Origin: a virus
Length of the DNA: 64,000 nucleotides
Reading direction: 5' to 3' (one strand)
IMG/VR virus record: IMGVR_UViG_3300036944_000561
Location: 32,001 to 96,000 of that record
Positions within the stretch are counted from its first letter, which is position 1; each line of letters begins with the position of its first letter. Below the pieces are notes generated by a model. It saw only the letters and a program-made list of their open reading frames with translations. It searched no databases and had not been told where the DNA came from. Both the position numbers and the translations under genes were made by a program. Shown here one piece after another: positions 29,185 through 39,621 of the stretch.

Positions 29185-32100
29185 TCAAGCTAGAATCACA
29201 CCCCGAATGTCTTTTAATGCCGGAGGATTCGTTCTAGAGCCTGTGAGCGTCACTTTATACCGTACCCCAATGAACTCAGATTGATCTGGCAAGTCATATT
29301 CATTTTCTACGAATGTGCTACCATTCAACAATGGTGAGTTAGGATTGATTTCAATCCAATCACTTTCGACGTCAGTTAACGTTTTCATGTAGAATTTCAT
29401 GCTTGCTCCGCTAGGCAACAAAGATGAAATGAAGAATTTAGCTGATGTTGAAGGGTTGTCAAGGTAAACATCTCTTGAAACCATCGACATCAATTCTTCA
29501 GTTTGGTCAACATAATAGGCGCTCAAGGTAGCACAGAAGCCATGTAAGTCTAATTGTGGACTCAGGTAGCTTGATGCTTGTATCGTTACACGAATCGAAA
29601 AATCTGTTGTGTCATACAATGAACCTTCTTCTGGGACGAGAGTATCACTTCCCGGGATGAATTCAGTCCACCCAGCCAATGCTCTGGTTCCTGCTAGACG
29701 ATAATTGTATTCAAATTTGATACTGGTCCCATCGTATACAGAATAATCAGCAGCAACGTTGACTAAGTCGATCAAATTACGAGCAACCGAATATGCTGAA
29801 GAACCTCCAAATGATCCGGTAGAAGTTGCATCAGAAGTCAGTGTAATTTTCACGGTGTTGAAATCAACCACTTCTGTTACCTGATGTGATTTATTCAACT
29901 GTGCAGTGGTGAACCCAGCTCCCGCTTCCAACCCACTTAGGGTGATTGTATCACCGGATTGTGTTCCGTGAAACTCGGTGTAAACTTCAACCACAGCACT
30001 ACCAGAAGTTGCTGTTAGCGGGTTGGATTTCAGTGATCTGATTTGCGCCCCCTGTGTTGGCTTGAATGTTATGGTCTGTTCCGCAGTATTGAACACACTG
30101 CGATAGGCTTTGAATTTCAAATCCTGCAACTGCTGAGGAGACCATGTTGAGCCATTGGATGAAGTAAAGAACACTCCAGTATGTGGCTGGGTTGAAACAG
30201 TGTTTGCGCTGTTGATTACCTTTTCACCCATCTGGGCAATGTATACATTGTATTCTTGGGTATTAGCCAAGATGACAATCGCATACTCCCCACCATCCTT
30301 GAGATAAACAGCAGGAGCAAAGGTGAACGTTGTAGCGACGTTTGCGCTGATACTGGTGTTCACTTGAGAGGGATTCAACGTTACCCGGCCAATCACATCA
30401 TGAGTTGGAAGACCGTTTTCCATTTCTCGAATTTCAAGAGTAACTGGAATTGATTTTGCTTTTGTTGCAAAAAACAAATCAATTTTTTCAAGAAACAATC
30501 CGCCCGCATGATCAACCGTAAATGATTGAGCAATTGGATCGACTTCCTGATATTCGATTTCTGTACGAGTAGTCACCCCAAGAACACGAGTCTGAACAGT
30601 GGTTCGTTGTTTGACAACCGCTGTACCACCAGATTGGAAGCTGGCGTTAGCAAAGGTAGAACGAAGATTAGAATCGCTCACGTTGGTAGCATTGTCACAC
30701 AATACAAATGCGCTGGTTCCAGTACTGAATTTCATAGCTGATGTGTTCGGAACTCTGAAAACCCCACTCACATTACCAGCAGAATCCGTTACCAATGAAC
30801 CCCCGTATGTACCATTGGTTGGCTTGGTATATGCGCTGACATTGCGGTTTGAAAACCAAGGATACACCCGTGTCAATGGTCTCAATCCCTTTGCACTAAA
30901 TGCAATTTCGATTGAGCGCATATATGGGATCAATTCTGTTTTGACAGTCGCTTCAGAAGTGGTAGAAGTAGTCCATTCTGTGAAGGATGTGATTGTCGCT
31001 ACTCTGGACTGGCTGGTATTAAACCGAAATGTGCCATTATTCAGTCTAGACCATTTCCCGTAAACAACACCCGCTTTAGCAGAACCTCTAGTGTTCTCAG
31101 TTACATTGATAATCTTATCTCGATTGTATATAGTGTCGACCCAAAAATCGCGAGAAGGGGAAAGACTGATGAATCCAGCCCAACTGAATACGGCATACGG
31201 GTTCACATTTATACTTCTTGTCGCATAAGGTTGGCTTGCGAATACGGCGGCAGTCCCGGTGGAAGCAGAAATCATGCTATCCAAATTCTTACCGCCAGAC
31301 ACATATTGCATATTCAAACCAATGGTGTCTACCAATGGACGAAGTCTACCTGCTTGGTCGTCTATAGAAGCAAAAGTTTCAGCATCATCAGTGTTGACTA
31401 GTCTGAAGTCAATGAAAGGATCAGCCAAAATACCATTTTTAAAACGGTCATTCCCTGTGTCTGGATCGATCACTTGGATGCTATTGGCGTCCATCTCTAA
31501 CAATGAAAGCGACGTGTAATATTCAACATTTTCAATACGTTTTTCTAGATTTCCGATATCTTTCATCGTGTATCGTTTATTGGATACAGAAAATTGAAGA
31601 ATATCGTTTGTTGAAAATGTCCATGAAGGGAGATAGAAGTCAATTAACTTCATAGCATTTTCTGGGAGGTCTGGTAAATCAGGAGTCTGAGAAGAAACAC
31701 CCAACGCGACACCAAAATCTCCATCAGAATTCACATACAATGAAGTGTATCTGGGTAGATAAAATTCGATGTCGGCCAACAATGTTGAAGATGGGCTGGC
31801 AATATAGGCCACAGTGTACTGACTTCCATTATACGACTTTCTGAAGTCGATACAATCCCTCAAGTCATACACATTACCAACACTGTCGGTGTAAGAAGGA
31901 ATATCACCGTATGAAGCATCTGTATAACTGTCCACACAGAAATAGTCTCCGGCACTGTGCGCATAATATGAATATTCTACAGAAATGGTTCCATCTGCCA
32001 ATGCTTCTGAAGACGTGATTGTTCCATTTTCATAAGAGAAGTCAGTCTGGCCGTCCCAATATGTGAACTGGCTAGTGATATCTACACCCGCCTGAGTAAC

Positions 32101-33906
32101 AAGGGTGATTTCAACAATATCGGGATTTGACAATGTATATGTCAAATCAGTTGAATTTACCACAAGAGATTCTATTGTGGTTGTTAGCTTCTTAGTTCTC
32201 GGAGCAGAAGTGGATTTCTGAGCCAACAACATTGCTTTGACATCCTGATTTGCATATGCTACGCCGCAGTCGATTTGGATGCTTGAACCGACCGGAGTTC
32301 CAATCAATGTATAGGTCGGTAGAATTTCACCACCAGATCCATCTTGTAATGAAGTGATGAACTGTGAAAATGTTCCTAGGAATGTTGTTCCAGAAGGAGC
32401 AATCACCACACCCACCCCAGAAGCATTCAACGTAACAGAATAATCAGAAGTGAATGAATAGTTGGTGTCGGTTGTTCCGGAGCTCTGTAAGCTCTTGATA
32501 CCACTGTATGGAAGCTCTAGAATGAGCGAAGGAGATCCCCCGTTCAATATGCCCTTAGTCACCAAGGTTCCAGTGAAGACTGCTGAGTTTTTGGTTGCAG
32601 TCACTTTAACGGCATTGGACCAAGACTTCCCAGTATTGAAAGTTATATCACGCGCAACCAATCTACAAGCATTAGTTGATTGCTTGTTGGCTGACATAGT
32701 TCTGAATGTACCAATTTCCGCATTAGTTGCATCAAGGATACTATACAGAATGTTGGCATCAATGATTGGTGTTCCCAATGTAGATTGAAGATCAACCAAT
32801 GACCCATAGATTGAAGCGGTAGCAGCGTTGTTAGCAGTAGCAGTATCGCGAGATTTCGGCATCTCAACGAACTTCGGTGTGCTATTTTCAATGCGATATC
32901 CATATACATAATGAACAGCCGGGGAAACCACCACCACCACTTTGGATTCATCACCACCGGAAGCTGCATCGTAAACACCACCATTGTCATTTTCTAACAA
33001 ATGTTCACGGATTTCAAATGATGGTGCATTGACAGAATAGTTCCCTGATTCTTCATATGTACGCTGAGCCAAGATTTTCATAATCTCGTTGTATTGTACT
33101 TCGCTCAACATGCTCACAACATTTCCACTATTGATGGTGGCCAATGTCAGGAAATTTGGATTCTCTGTTGCGGTGTCTTTGAAGCCTAATGTCAAAGTCA
33201 GCTTCAATCTATCCGCACCCGGTGAACGAGCATTCGGAGTACCTAGGGCATTCGAAAGAAGATCAGTATCTTCGTTGGAAGTGATGATTTCTTCAAGAAC
33301 TGTAAATCCAACATCAACAGAGACGTTTTCGGTATTGCTGAGGACTACTTCTTGGGCTTCACACCGAACCATCATACCCCTAACGAAGAAGATCCCTTCA
33401 TCGACAGTAGCATATGAACCGATTCCTGTTTCGGTCAGAGTTGTGGTTTCTACGAGAACTTCCGCTTCATTGGTATCCAAATAATAGAAAGTCAGCGTTT
33501 CACCGATTGTGAAATCTTGGGTTTCATTATCGGAACCGCTCTTCACAATATCACAGAAAGCATATGTGGTTGTTCCGGATGAGATATACGTGACTTTGGC
33601 TTCAATCCCTGTGGTTTCTCCTCTCACGAGTAGATTGTCAGTTGCTGCTAGAATTGAAGCATCAACCGAAACAAATCCGATTGAAAGAAGCTTGGTTTGA
33701 ACTACAAAGTTCCCCGGAACCACCACTGATCCATTTTTGAATAGATTGGTGCCCACTGATTCAATTTGATTCAGAAGGATATCCTGAAGTTCGTTGAGTT
33801 CACGACTCTGAACTGTTTGACCAGCCTTGAAAAGTATTTGATAGAACCGTTTCGCCGGATCATTATCATCAAAATATGGGCTGATGTTGAGGTCTGTCTG
33901 ACGCAT
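29185..33906 (-). CDS. VrlC-like large baseplate wedge protein (DUF4815-type)
   Basis: DLNISPYFDD...FYQILFK.G..VQSRELNELQ, LAQRTYEESGNYSV, RFKNGILADPF and DPIAQSF motifs. Confidence 0.88.
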   Translation of the reverse strand: MRQTDLNISPYFDDNDPAKRFYQILFKAGQTVQSRELNELQDILLNQIESVGTNLFKNGSVVVPGNFVVQTKLLSIGFVSVDASILAATDNLLVRGETTGIEAKVTYISSGTTTYAFCDIVKSGSDNETQDFTIGETLTFYYLDTNEAEVLVETTTLTETGIGSYATVDEGIFFVRGMMVRCEAQEVVLSNTENVSVDVGFTVLEEIITSNEDTDLLSNALGTPNARSPGADRLKLTLTLGFKDTATENPNFLTLATINSGNVVSMLSEVQYNEIMKILAQRTYEESGNYSVNAPSFEIREHLLENDNGGVYDAASGGDESKVVVVVSPAVHYVYGYRIENSTPKFVEMPKSRDTATANNAATASIYGSLVDLQSTLGTPIIDANILYSILDATNAEIGTFRTMSANKQSTNACRLVARDITFNTGKSWSNAVKVTATKNSAVFTGTLVTKGILNGGSPSLILELPYSGIKSLQSSGTTDTNYSFTSDYSVTLNASGVGVVIAPSGTTFLGTFSQFITSLQDGSGGEILPTYTLIGTPVGSSIQIDCGVAYANQDVKAMLLAQKSTSAPRTKKLTTTIESLVVNSTDLTYTLSNPDIVEITLVTQAGVDITSQFTYWDGQTDFSYENGTITSSEALADGTISVEYSYYAHSAGDYFCVDSYTDASYGDIPSYTDSVGNVYDLRDCIDFRKSYNGSQYTVAYIASPSSTLLADIEFYLPRYTSLYVNSDGDFGVALGVSSQTPDLPDLPENAMKLIDFYLPSWTFSTNDILQFSVSNKRYTMKDIGNLEKRIENVEYYTSLSLLEMDANSIQVIDPDTGNDRFKNGILADPFIDFRLVNTDDAETFASIDDQAGRLRPLVDTIGLNMQYVSGGKNLDSMISASTGTAAVFASQPYATRSINVNPYAVFSWAGFISLSPSRDFWVDTIYNRDKIINVTENTRGSAKAGVVYGKWSRLNNGTFRFNTSQSRVATITSFTEWTTSTTSEATVKTELIPYMRSIEIAFSAKGLRPLTRVYPWFSNRNVSAYTKPTNGTYGGSLVTDSAGNVSGVFRVPNTSAMKFSTGTSAFVLCDNATNVSDSNLRSTFANASFQSGGTAVVKQRTTVQTRVLGVTTRTEIEYQEVDPIAQSFTVDHAGGLFLEKIDLFFATKAKSIPVTLEIREMENGLPTHDVIGRVTLNPSQVNTSISANVATTFTFAPAVYLKDGGEYAIVILANTQEYNVYIAQMGEKVINSANTVSTQPHTGVFFTSSNGSTWSPQQLQDLKFKAYRSVFNTAEQTITFKPTQGAQIRSLKSNPLTATSGSAVVEVYTEFHGTQSGDTITLSGLEAGAGFTTAQLNKSHQVTEVVDFNTVKITLTSDATSTGSFGGSSAYSVARNLIDLVNVAADYSVYDGTSIKFEYNYRLAGTRALAGWTEFIPGSDTLVPEEGSLYDTTDFSIRVTIQASSYLSPQLDLHGFCATLSAYYVDQTEELMSMVSRDVYLDNPSTSAKFFISSLLPSGASMKFYMKTLTDVESDWIEINPNSPLLNGSTFVENEYDLPDQSEFIGVRYKVTLTGSRTNPPALKDIRGVILA

Positions 33907-33977
33907 AATAAAATACCCTCGCAGATAAATTTGTTATCTTTGAGGGTATTTAATGAAAGATAATATCAGACGATGTG
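33895..33977 (-). repeat. 83-bp inverted repeat, copy A (VrlC promoter, hairpin and first four codons)
   Basis: 78/83 identical to 43106..43188 in the opposite orientation. Confidence 0.92.
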
Positions 33978-34101
33978 ATAGTTAGAGCCATTTCATTGGG
34001 GTATTTCCAAATTCTTGTTCCAAATGATAATACAAACCATTTTGTATAGAAATCTAATAAGGATAACTAAAAATCCATTTCTGGTTCTATTATATATTTC
34101 G

Positions 34102-34129
34102 ACTATAATATATAAAAAACCCCTGTCAA
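34102..34129 (-). promoter_or_regulatory. host-type sigma70 promoter-like site in an AT-rich spacer
   Basis: TTGACA-16 nt-TATAGT on the minus strand, overlapping a terminator-like hairpin at 34114-34145. Confidence 0.4.
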
Positions 34130-34208
34130 GACAAGGGTTTAAAAAGACAGTATGATGAATATTGTCTTTATATTGTCGATTAAGAACAAATTTTTTATAT
34201 TAAATCTA

Positions 34209-36881
34209 TTAACTATTTAACATCGATTTCAAAACTTCGATATCAAGAAGCGCTGCCTGCTCATAACGAATACCATATCTGTTACCAGCAGGTATGGTTT
34301 CTGACCATGATTCTTTAACTAAGAATACTTGTTTTTCTTTTACAGTCATAGTTTGTTCTTTTTGCACTTCTACACCATCATTGTCATACAGAGCTGGAAT
34401 TTTAACCTCTTTTTCCACCTCTTTTGTATCATAAATTGCTGGATGTTCTATAACTTGCTCCGGCCATTCGTCATAACACAGAACAGCATACTCTGTCGCG
34501 TCAAGCCCGTATTTTTCAAACGCAGCCACAACATCTTGCGCAATTTTACCGATGTGCCAACGTGCTTTGTCACCTTTTTTATTCACTGAGTCAACGTATT
34601 TAAAACGCTTTGTTGGGACTTCTGACCATGCTTTTACTACTAAAGACGGAACATCCTCAATCTGCTCTTTAACTCGGCGGTCAGATTGATTGATAACGTT
34701 TGATGCAGCATAAACCTCTGTCCATAATGTAGAGGCGTCACCCAAAGACTGAGCATTATTTATTCCGGCTGTTACAGCGCTGCTGCCAGATTTAACTTGC
34801 AGTCTGATACCACCAGAACTCACCATCTCTATTGATGTTGCATCAGCACCCAATACACCAAATTGAAGTCCACTTGCAGTAGCATCAAAAAACCCAGCTT
34901 TGCCACCGACATATGCTCGATTGCTTATAGTCAACGGGACATTACCAACGGTTGTACCACCTACCGCCATATTTCCGCCGCAATGCCACCTACCTGAGTT
35001 TGGAGCATAGCATGTATATCCTGTGTCTTGATATGCTACTAACGCAGAATTTGATGCTCCGGCAGCCAAATTTTGAATGAGTATTCCTGTTTGCTCGGAT
35101 AGTGTGCCCCCGCCGGTCACAGCCATTGCTCCGATGTATGCGCCAACTCTTGATGATACTGTTCCGCTTCCTGAATGCGTTGGAAGTGACCAAAAACTCA
35201 TCATTGCATCAATAGTAGCACTTGATGAAAAATCATTTCTGTCTTGATATGCATGTAGGTGGTTAGCGTTGTTTGGTGAAGTCCATGAAACTTTAGCATC
35301 GAAAGACGCATACGTACCAACATCAGTATGGTTTGTAACTTGAGTGTTATCAGAGAAGCCGTGGCAATCAGTGTCAGTTGTTAGTTCTCGCTGAACCTGG
35401 TATGTGTCCCTCGGAAGTACCCCAAAAACAACATCACCAACGACAACTTTGTAAGGTACATGAGTCACTCCGTTTTCGTCAGCATAAATTGCATCACCTA
35501 AAGTTCTGCCATTACCTATTGATATGTCGTCAGCATTATGAGCAGAACCATCACCTGGTTTTGAATCTTCCAAATGTGAATGTTTGAGAATCCCAGTTCC
35601 TTCGTCTACCCATGCATCTGAAGCAATTCCCCCATTTGTTTCTGGAGTTGCCCCTGCAGGAACTTCCTTCGGTAATGCCCCCGCCCAACGATACCAATGA
35701 CTATCAACGGTGTTTTTCAATATGTGAGAGGCAGAGGTGATGGTTGCCCCGGTACTGAAATCCACCCCCAACAATTTGTAGTATGGAGAACGTGCAGCGT
35801 TCCCTACACTATCAACCCCGCCAACAGCCCCTACAAGCTCCTCAGAAGCACTCTGGGGATTTTCTTCTACCCATTGAACCGAATCACCATCACCATATAG
35901 GATATAAGTTCTTCCGTCGTTCAGGTTGTACCAACGAGTCCCGGTAGCCACGTTCACTGGCATAACATCGGAGATGATGGTTGAACTCCCACCAACGGAA
36001 CCACTAGTCATTTCGACCCAAGCACCTTCACCCACACCACCAGTGGATTCTGGAGTAGAACCTAGGTCAACAATTTTCGGAATAGAACCAGACCACCTCC
36101 ACAACCGACCAGTGTACAAACTCAACAGAATCTGGCTGTTATCTGTAATTGTTGCACCATATTCGAATGAACCAGTATTCAAGACATATCCAGATGAAGC
36201 GGTCAAAATCTTCATCATTGGACGGGAAGGAATCACACCAGAAGACAATTTGAATGCGCCATCACCCAATCCCCCTGCATCGGCCACTGTTGATCCAGCG
36301 GTGATCGTCTTAGGAAATGAGCCTGTCCAATAATACCATTCACCATCAGAACCTAAAACTGATTGAGTTTTACGAACCAATGTACCACCAGAAGCAAATG
36401 TGATTTCTGGAACTTCAATACCGCCCGTAATAGGGGCAATCACCCAGTCTGTTTCTGTTAGGAAGTCTCCAGTTGTGGTATATGGGAGGGTTCCTGACCA
36501 ATAATAGGTCACACCATCATAGACAACTGTCTGACTGTGACGTTCAATATCAATAGCAGCAGCATAGAGAACAGCGGGTTCAAATCCAATGGTCAGCAAG
36601 TAATTGACAAAATCACTATCATATTGAACCAATTTATCACTGATTTGAGTGTTATACCCGGTGATCGCATCGGCAACGCTTTGATCGCCCAATGCCTTCC
36701 AATCGGCTATCTGACCACGCAATGTTTTCAATGTTCCGGATTGCGTGTCAATAGTCCCATCTTCTGGACCTGTCACCCAATATTCGTGATTTGCGGTGGT
36801 TTCTTCTGCCCCAATAACAGCTACTTGGAGTCTATCAGTAAACTCCTGTATTAATTGAATATTCGTATCAATGTCGGACAT
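34209..36881 (-). CDS. tailspike / tail fibre 1 with C-terminal intramolecular chaperone (peptidase S74-type)
   Basis: Four Y/W.W.G..P head-binding repeats; C-terminal SD.R.KE...W...K..ARWHIG.IAQ...YGIRYEQ. Confidence 0.85.
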   Translation of the reverse strand: MSDIDTNIQLIQEFTDRLQVAVIGAEETTANHEYWVTGPEDGTIDTQSGTLKTLRGQIADWKALGDQSVADAITGYNTQISDKLVQYDSDFVNYLLTIGFEPAVLYAAAIDIERHSQTVVYDGVTYYWSGTLPYTTTGDFLTETDWVIAPITGGIEVPEITFASGGTLVRKTQSVLGSDGEWYYWTGSFPKTITAGSTVADAGGLGDGAFKLSSGVIPSRPMMKILTASSGYVLNTGSFEYGATITDNSQILLSLYTGRLWRWSGSIPKIVDLGSTPESTGGVGEGAWVEMTSGSVGGSSTIISDVMPVNVATGTRWYNLNDGRTYILYGDGDSVQWVEENPQSASEELVGAVGGVDSVGNAARSPYYKLLGVDFSTGATITSASHILKNTVDSHWYRWAGALPKEVPAGATPETNGGIASDAWVDEGTGILKHSHLEDSKPGDGSAHNADDISIGNGRTLGDAIYADENGVTHVPYKVVVGDVVFGVLPRDTYQVQRELTTDTDCHGFSDNTQVTNHTDVGTYASFDAKVSWTSPNNANHLHAYQDRNDFSSSATIDAMMSFWSLPTHSGSGTVSSRVGAYIGAMAVTGGGTLSEQTGILIQNLAAGASNSALVAYQDTGYTCYAPNSGRWHCGGNMAVGGTTVGNVPLTISNRAYVGGKAGFFDATASGLQFGVLGADATSIEMVSSGGIRLQVKSGSSAVTAGINNAQSLGDASTLWTEVYAASNVINQSDRRVKEQIEDVPSLVVKAWSEVPTKRFKYVDSVNKKGDKARWHIGKIAQDVVAAFEKYGLDATEYAVLCYDEWPEQVIEHPAIYDTKEVEKEVKIPALYDNDGVEVQKEQTMTVKEKQVFLVKESWSETIPAGNRYGIRYEQAALLDIEVLKSMLNS

Positions 36882-36922
36882 GATAATTACCTTTAAATCA
36901 AAGTGTTATGAATATTTAATCA

Positions 36923-37843
36923 TTATGGCAACGCGATCATTGTCGTTGCAAATGGACCTTCAAAGAATTCTTTCCATATATCAATGAATGATGGAAGTTT
37001 CGAATAGTCTCCGGCCATTAATGACCATTCCAAATCTGAATACACTCTAACAATACAACGGAAGCCACCAGGATGAAACGCTCTCAACCAAAGATTCACA
37101 TATTGTTCGCCTATTTGGCCATATTTAGAACCGACCAGATTGATTACATATGTGAATTCGTCATATTCGTAATCATCACGAAGAAAATTGTCACCATCCA
37201 ATACAAAATTATCATCTAATCGGCTAATTTTCAATCTAGGAAGTTCATAATAGACTTTCCCACCATAGACGGCTTCAAAGAATATTTTAGCACATTGAAT
37301 GCTTCCTCTGATTTTGAAAAGATGTCGGGCAATTTTAATCATCAAATTCAAATCTGGACCAACAGTGTATTCATCAAGATCGGCCAATTCAACCAAGCCC
37401 TTGTCTTTTAACCAACTTCTAATATGAAAATCATTGCATTGTTGAAACTGCACTTCCCTTGATGATGTGTCTGTTTCGGTTGTTCCTAGGACATATCCAT
37501 CAAGTGTTTCTAATCCCACCCATTCTCGTTCCAAAGATTTATCTTCAATCAACCGGGTAGGAGAAACAGAAATACCATAATGTTCACGAAATTTTTGCAA
37601 GTCTGCAATTTTAGTGAACAATCGAATATTGGCATCAGCAAACGGATAATCTTTTTTGTCCCACCAACTTTCATCATCCATTAACAGTTGAAGTTGGTCT
37701 GGTAACAATTTCCAGTCATATAAAGAATTGACATAGGCTTCCAAAAACTCTACCAAGTTTGGATAGAATTTCGAAAAATGAGCAGGAAGGATGCTTGCTG
37801 GATCTTTCACCCCGCTCAAACTTGGGTTTCCATCAAGTCTCAT
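36923..37843 (-). CDS. baseplate wedge subunit (gp7-like)
   Basis: LP.HF...YP..VEFLEAY, F..RGS......FF...YG and .HP.GF motifs; follows gp6. Confidence 0.65.
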   Translation of the reverse strand: MRLDGNPSLSGVKDPASILPAHFSKFYPNLVEFLEAYVNSLYDWKLLPDQLQLLMDDESWWDKKDYPFADANIRLFTKIADLQKFREHYGISVSPTRLIEDKSLEREWVGLETLDGYVLGTTETDTSSREVQFQQCNDFHIRSWLKDKGLVELADLDEYTVGPDLNLMIKIARHLFKIRGSIQCAKIFFEAVYGGKVYYELPRLKISRLDDNFVLDGDNFLRDDYEYDEFTYVINLVGSKYGQIGEQYVNLWLRAFHPGGFRCIVRVYSDLEWSLMAGDYSKLPSFIDIWKEFFEGPFATTMIALP

Positions 37844-37853
37844 GAGTTGCTCC

Positions 37854-39545
37854 TTATCCTATGGTCAATGTTTCAATAGTGATGTTCATGATTTCGTTTC
37901 GCATCGTTTGAATTTGAAGATCGTCACCACCCGCTGTAGCATAGGCCATTGAGAATGTTGCATCATCGAACACAATCCCTGTAATGTTGATGGTTCCAGC
38001 GGTATAATTCACAGTTGCCTGGACATCTTCAACATATACACCATTCAGATATGCTTGAATGACTCCTGTACCATCATCCTTGAATTGGTCATAATTGGTC
38101 AATCCTGTTACGTCTACAGAAAATGATCCCACTTCGAATTCTCTATGAAAATCGAAATATGCTGTCTTTCTACTCACAGTAGGATCAACAGCCATTCGAT
38201 ATCCGATATAAACACGATCAACATTCGAAACATTCGTTTTGATATAATCTTCAAGATCACCGGGTTCAAATTCAAGAGCAAAGTCAGTCTTGGTTTCGGC
38301 ATAATTCTGAATGGCGATGGTCACATTTTGTTTGAGAGTGTTCTTTGTTGAAGAAAGTGTTGATGTTGAACCAACAAACACATCTAGAAGAATATCAAAT
38401 TCACCCGGATCCACAATTTCTGTTAGAATAGAACCAACACAATACTTTGAAAGATATTCATTTCCTAATGTCTTTTCTTCAACAGTGAGCGCTGGAGAAA
38501 CACAAAGAATTACATATCCCGGTTTCGCATAGGGGAGATTTTCTTCACCGCCCCATTGGGTGATCTTTCTACCCCCGAAATATGTTCTCAGTTTTTCACC
38601 GTATTCGGCTGTGGCTACTGCAACTCCATCCATACCATAAGCGACTTCAGAATGTTTCTGTATGGTTTCGATATCTTCAGGATCTTCACCCCCGGCCGAA
38701 GCACTTTGAACTGTAACAGTGATATCGCTATATCCACCAATTTCGGCGGTTGCAACCAGGCTAGAAACGCCGTTCCCGGATGCCCCGGAGTTTGTCATAG
38801 CCTGTACATAGATGATGTTTCCATCTGCGAGAGCAGCTGAAATAGCATCATCACCAAATTCAACTTGGTAGAAACCTCTACGATTCATTGACAGATAATA
38901 CAACTTTTCGGCAACACCTAATTGAAACGCTGATTCGAATTTAGTATATTCTTCAGTGGTGGTGTCAGTTGAAGATGCTCTAACAAAGACTTGCATTGTT
39001 GAAATGTCAATGTCTTTGTTTGGGATTTCGAATATTTCGGGAGCTGAACCACTTTTTGTGAATGTTGATGTGACGAGAGTCCCTTCAATCAATTCAACAG
39101 TCGCAGTATAGACATCATTCACTAGATTGACATCGGTTGCCGCAAGAGGATAGAAAGTATAAGAAGTCCCATCAGAAACACCCATGGTGCTGAAACTTTT
39201 TGGGATTGTGAGAGTAGCAGGAGCCGTCCCGGTATCCGTTGGTGTGATAACTATATCAGCAGTCAATTTAGAAGATCGATATCCCATTGGGACATACCCG
39301 GTAGCCGCTGTCACTAATGCTTGAACATTTTCAAGAATTTCGCTGGTCGAATAATGAGACTCAGCCAGCGTGAAATGTGAGCTGACACCTTGCGAAGAGC
39401 TAACAGTTGAAAGGAGTCTGATGATGCTCACAAGACCAGATCCTTCAAAGTCAAAATCTTTGAATCTTGGATCCCCCTTCATCAATATCTGGAGCGCGGT
39501 CTTGAATCCGGCATAATCAACAGGCGTGATCTGTGAAGCAGCCAT
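37854..39545 (-). CDS. 6: baseplate wedge subunit
   Basis: F.DFDFEGSGL..II.LL, F.IPN..ID, Y.V.FGD..I and GG.DPE.IE.I motifs. Confidence 0.92.
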   Translation of the reverse strand: MAASQITPVDYAGFKTALQILMKGDPRFKDFDFEGSGLVSIIRLLSTVSSSQGVSSHFTLAESHYSTSEILENVQALVTAATGYVPMGYRSSKLTADIVITPTDTGTAPATLTIPKSFSTMGVSDGTSYTFYPLAATDVNLVNDVYTATVELIEGTLVTSTFTKSGSAPEIFEIPNKDIDISTMQVFVRASSTDTTTEEYTKFESAFQLGVAEKLYYLSMNRRGFYQVEFGDDAISAALADGNIIYVQAMTNSGASGNGVSSLVATAEIGGYSDITVTVQSASAGGEDPEDIETIQKHSEVAYGMDGVAVATAEYGEKLRTYFGGRKITQWGGEENLPYAKPGYVILCVSPALTVEEKTLGNEYLSKYCVGSILTEIVDPGEFDILLDVFVGSTSTLSSTKNTLKQNVTIAIQNYAETKTDFALEFEPGDLEDYIKTNVSNVDRVYIGYRMAVDPTVSRKTAYFDFHREFEVGSFSVDVTGLTNYDQFKDDGTGVIQAYLNGVYVEDVQATVNYTAGTINITGIVFDDATFSMAYATAGGDDLQIQTMRNEIMNITIETLTIG

Positions 39546-39572
39546 GAGAATTTCCTCTAAAGTCGTTTCATC

Positions 39573-39590
39573 TATTTAAATCATTAAATA
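39573..39590. promoter_or_regulatory. back-to-back divergent late promoters
   Basis: TATTTA (minus, for gp6) at 39573-39578 and TAAATA (plus, for tailspike 2) at 39585-39590. Confidence 0.75.
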
Positions 39591-39621
39591 ACTTCAATTG
39601 ATTTCTAAGGAGAATCACACC

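Noticed and set aside
30599-33484. Plus-strand ORFs inside the VrlC-like gene
   Set aside because: Antisense shadows caused by codon bias in a long gene.
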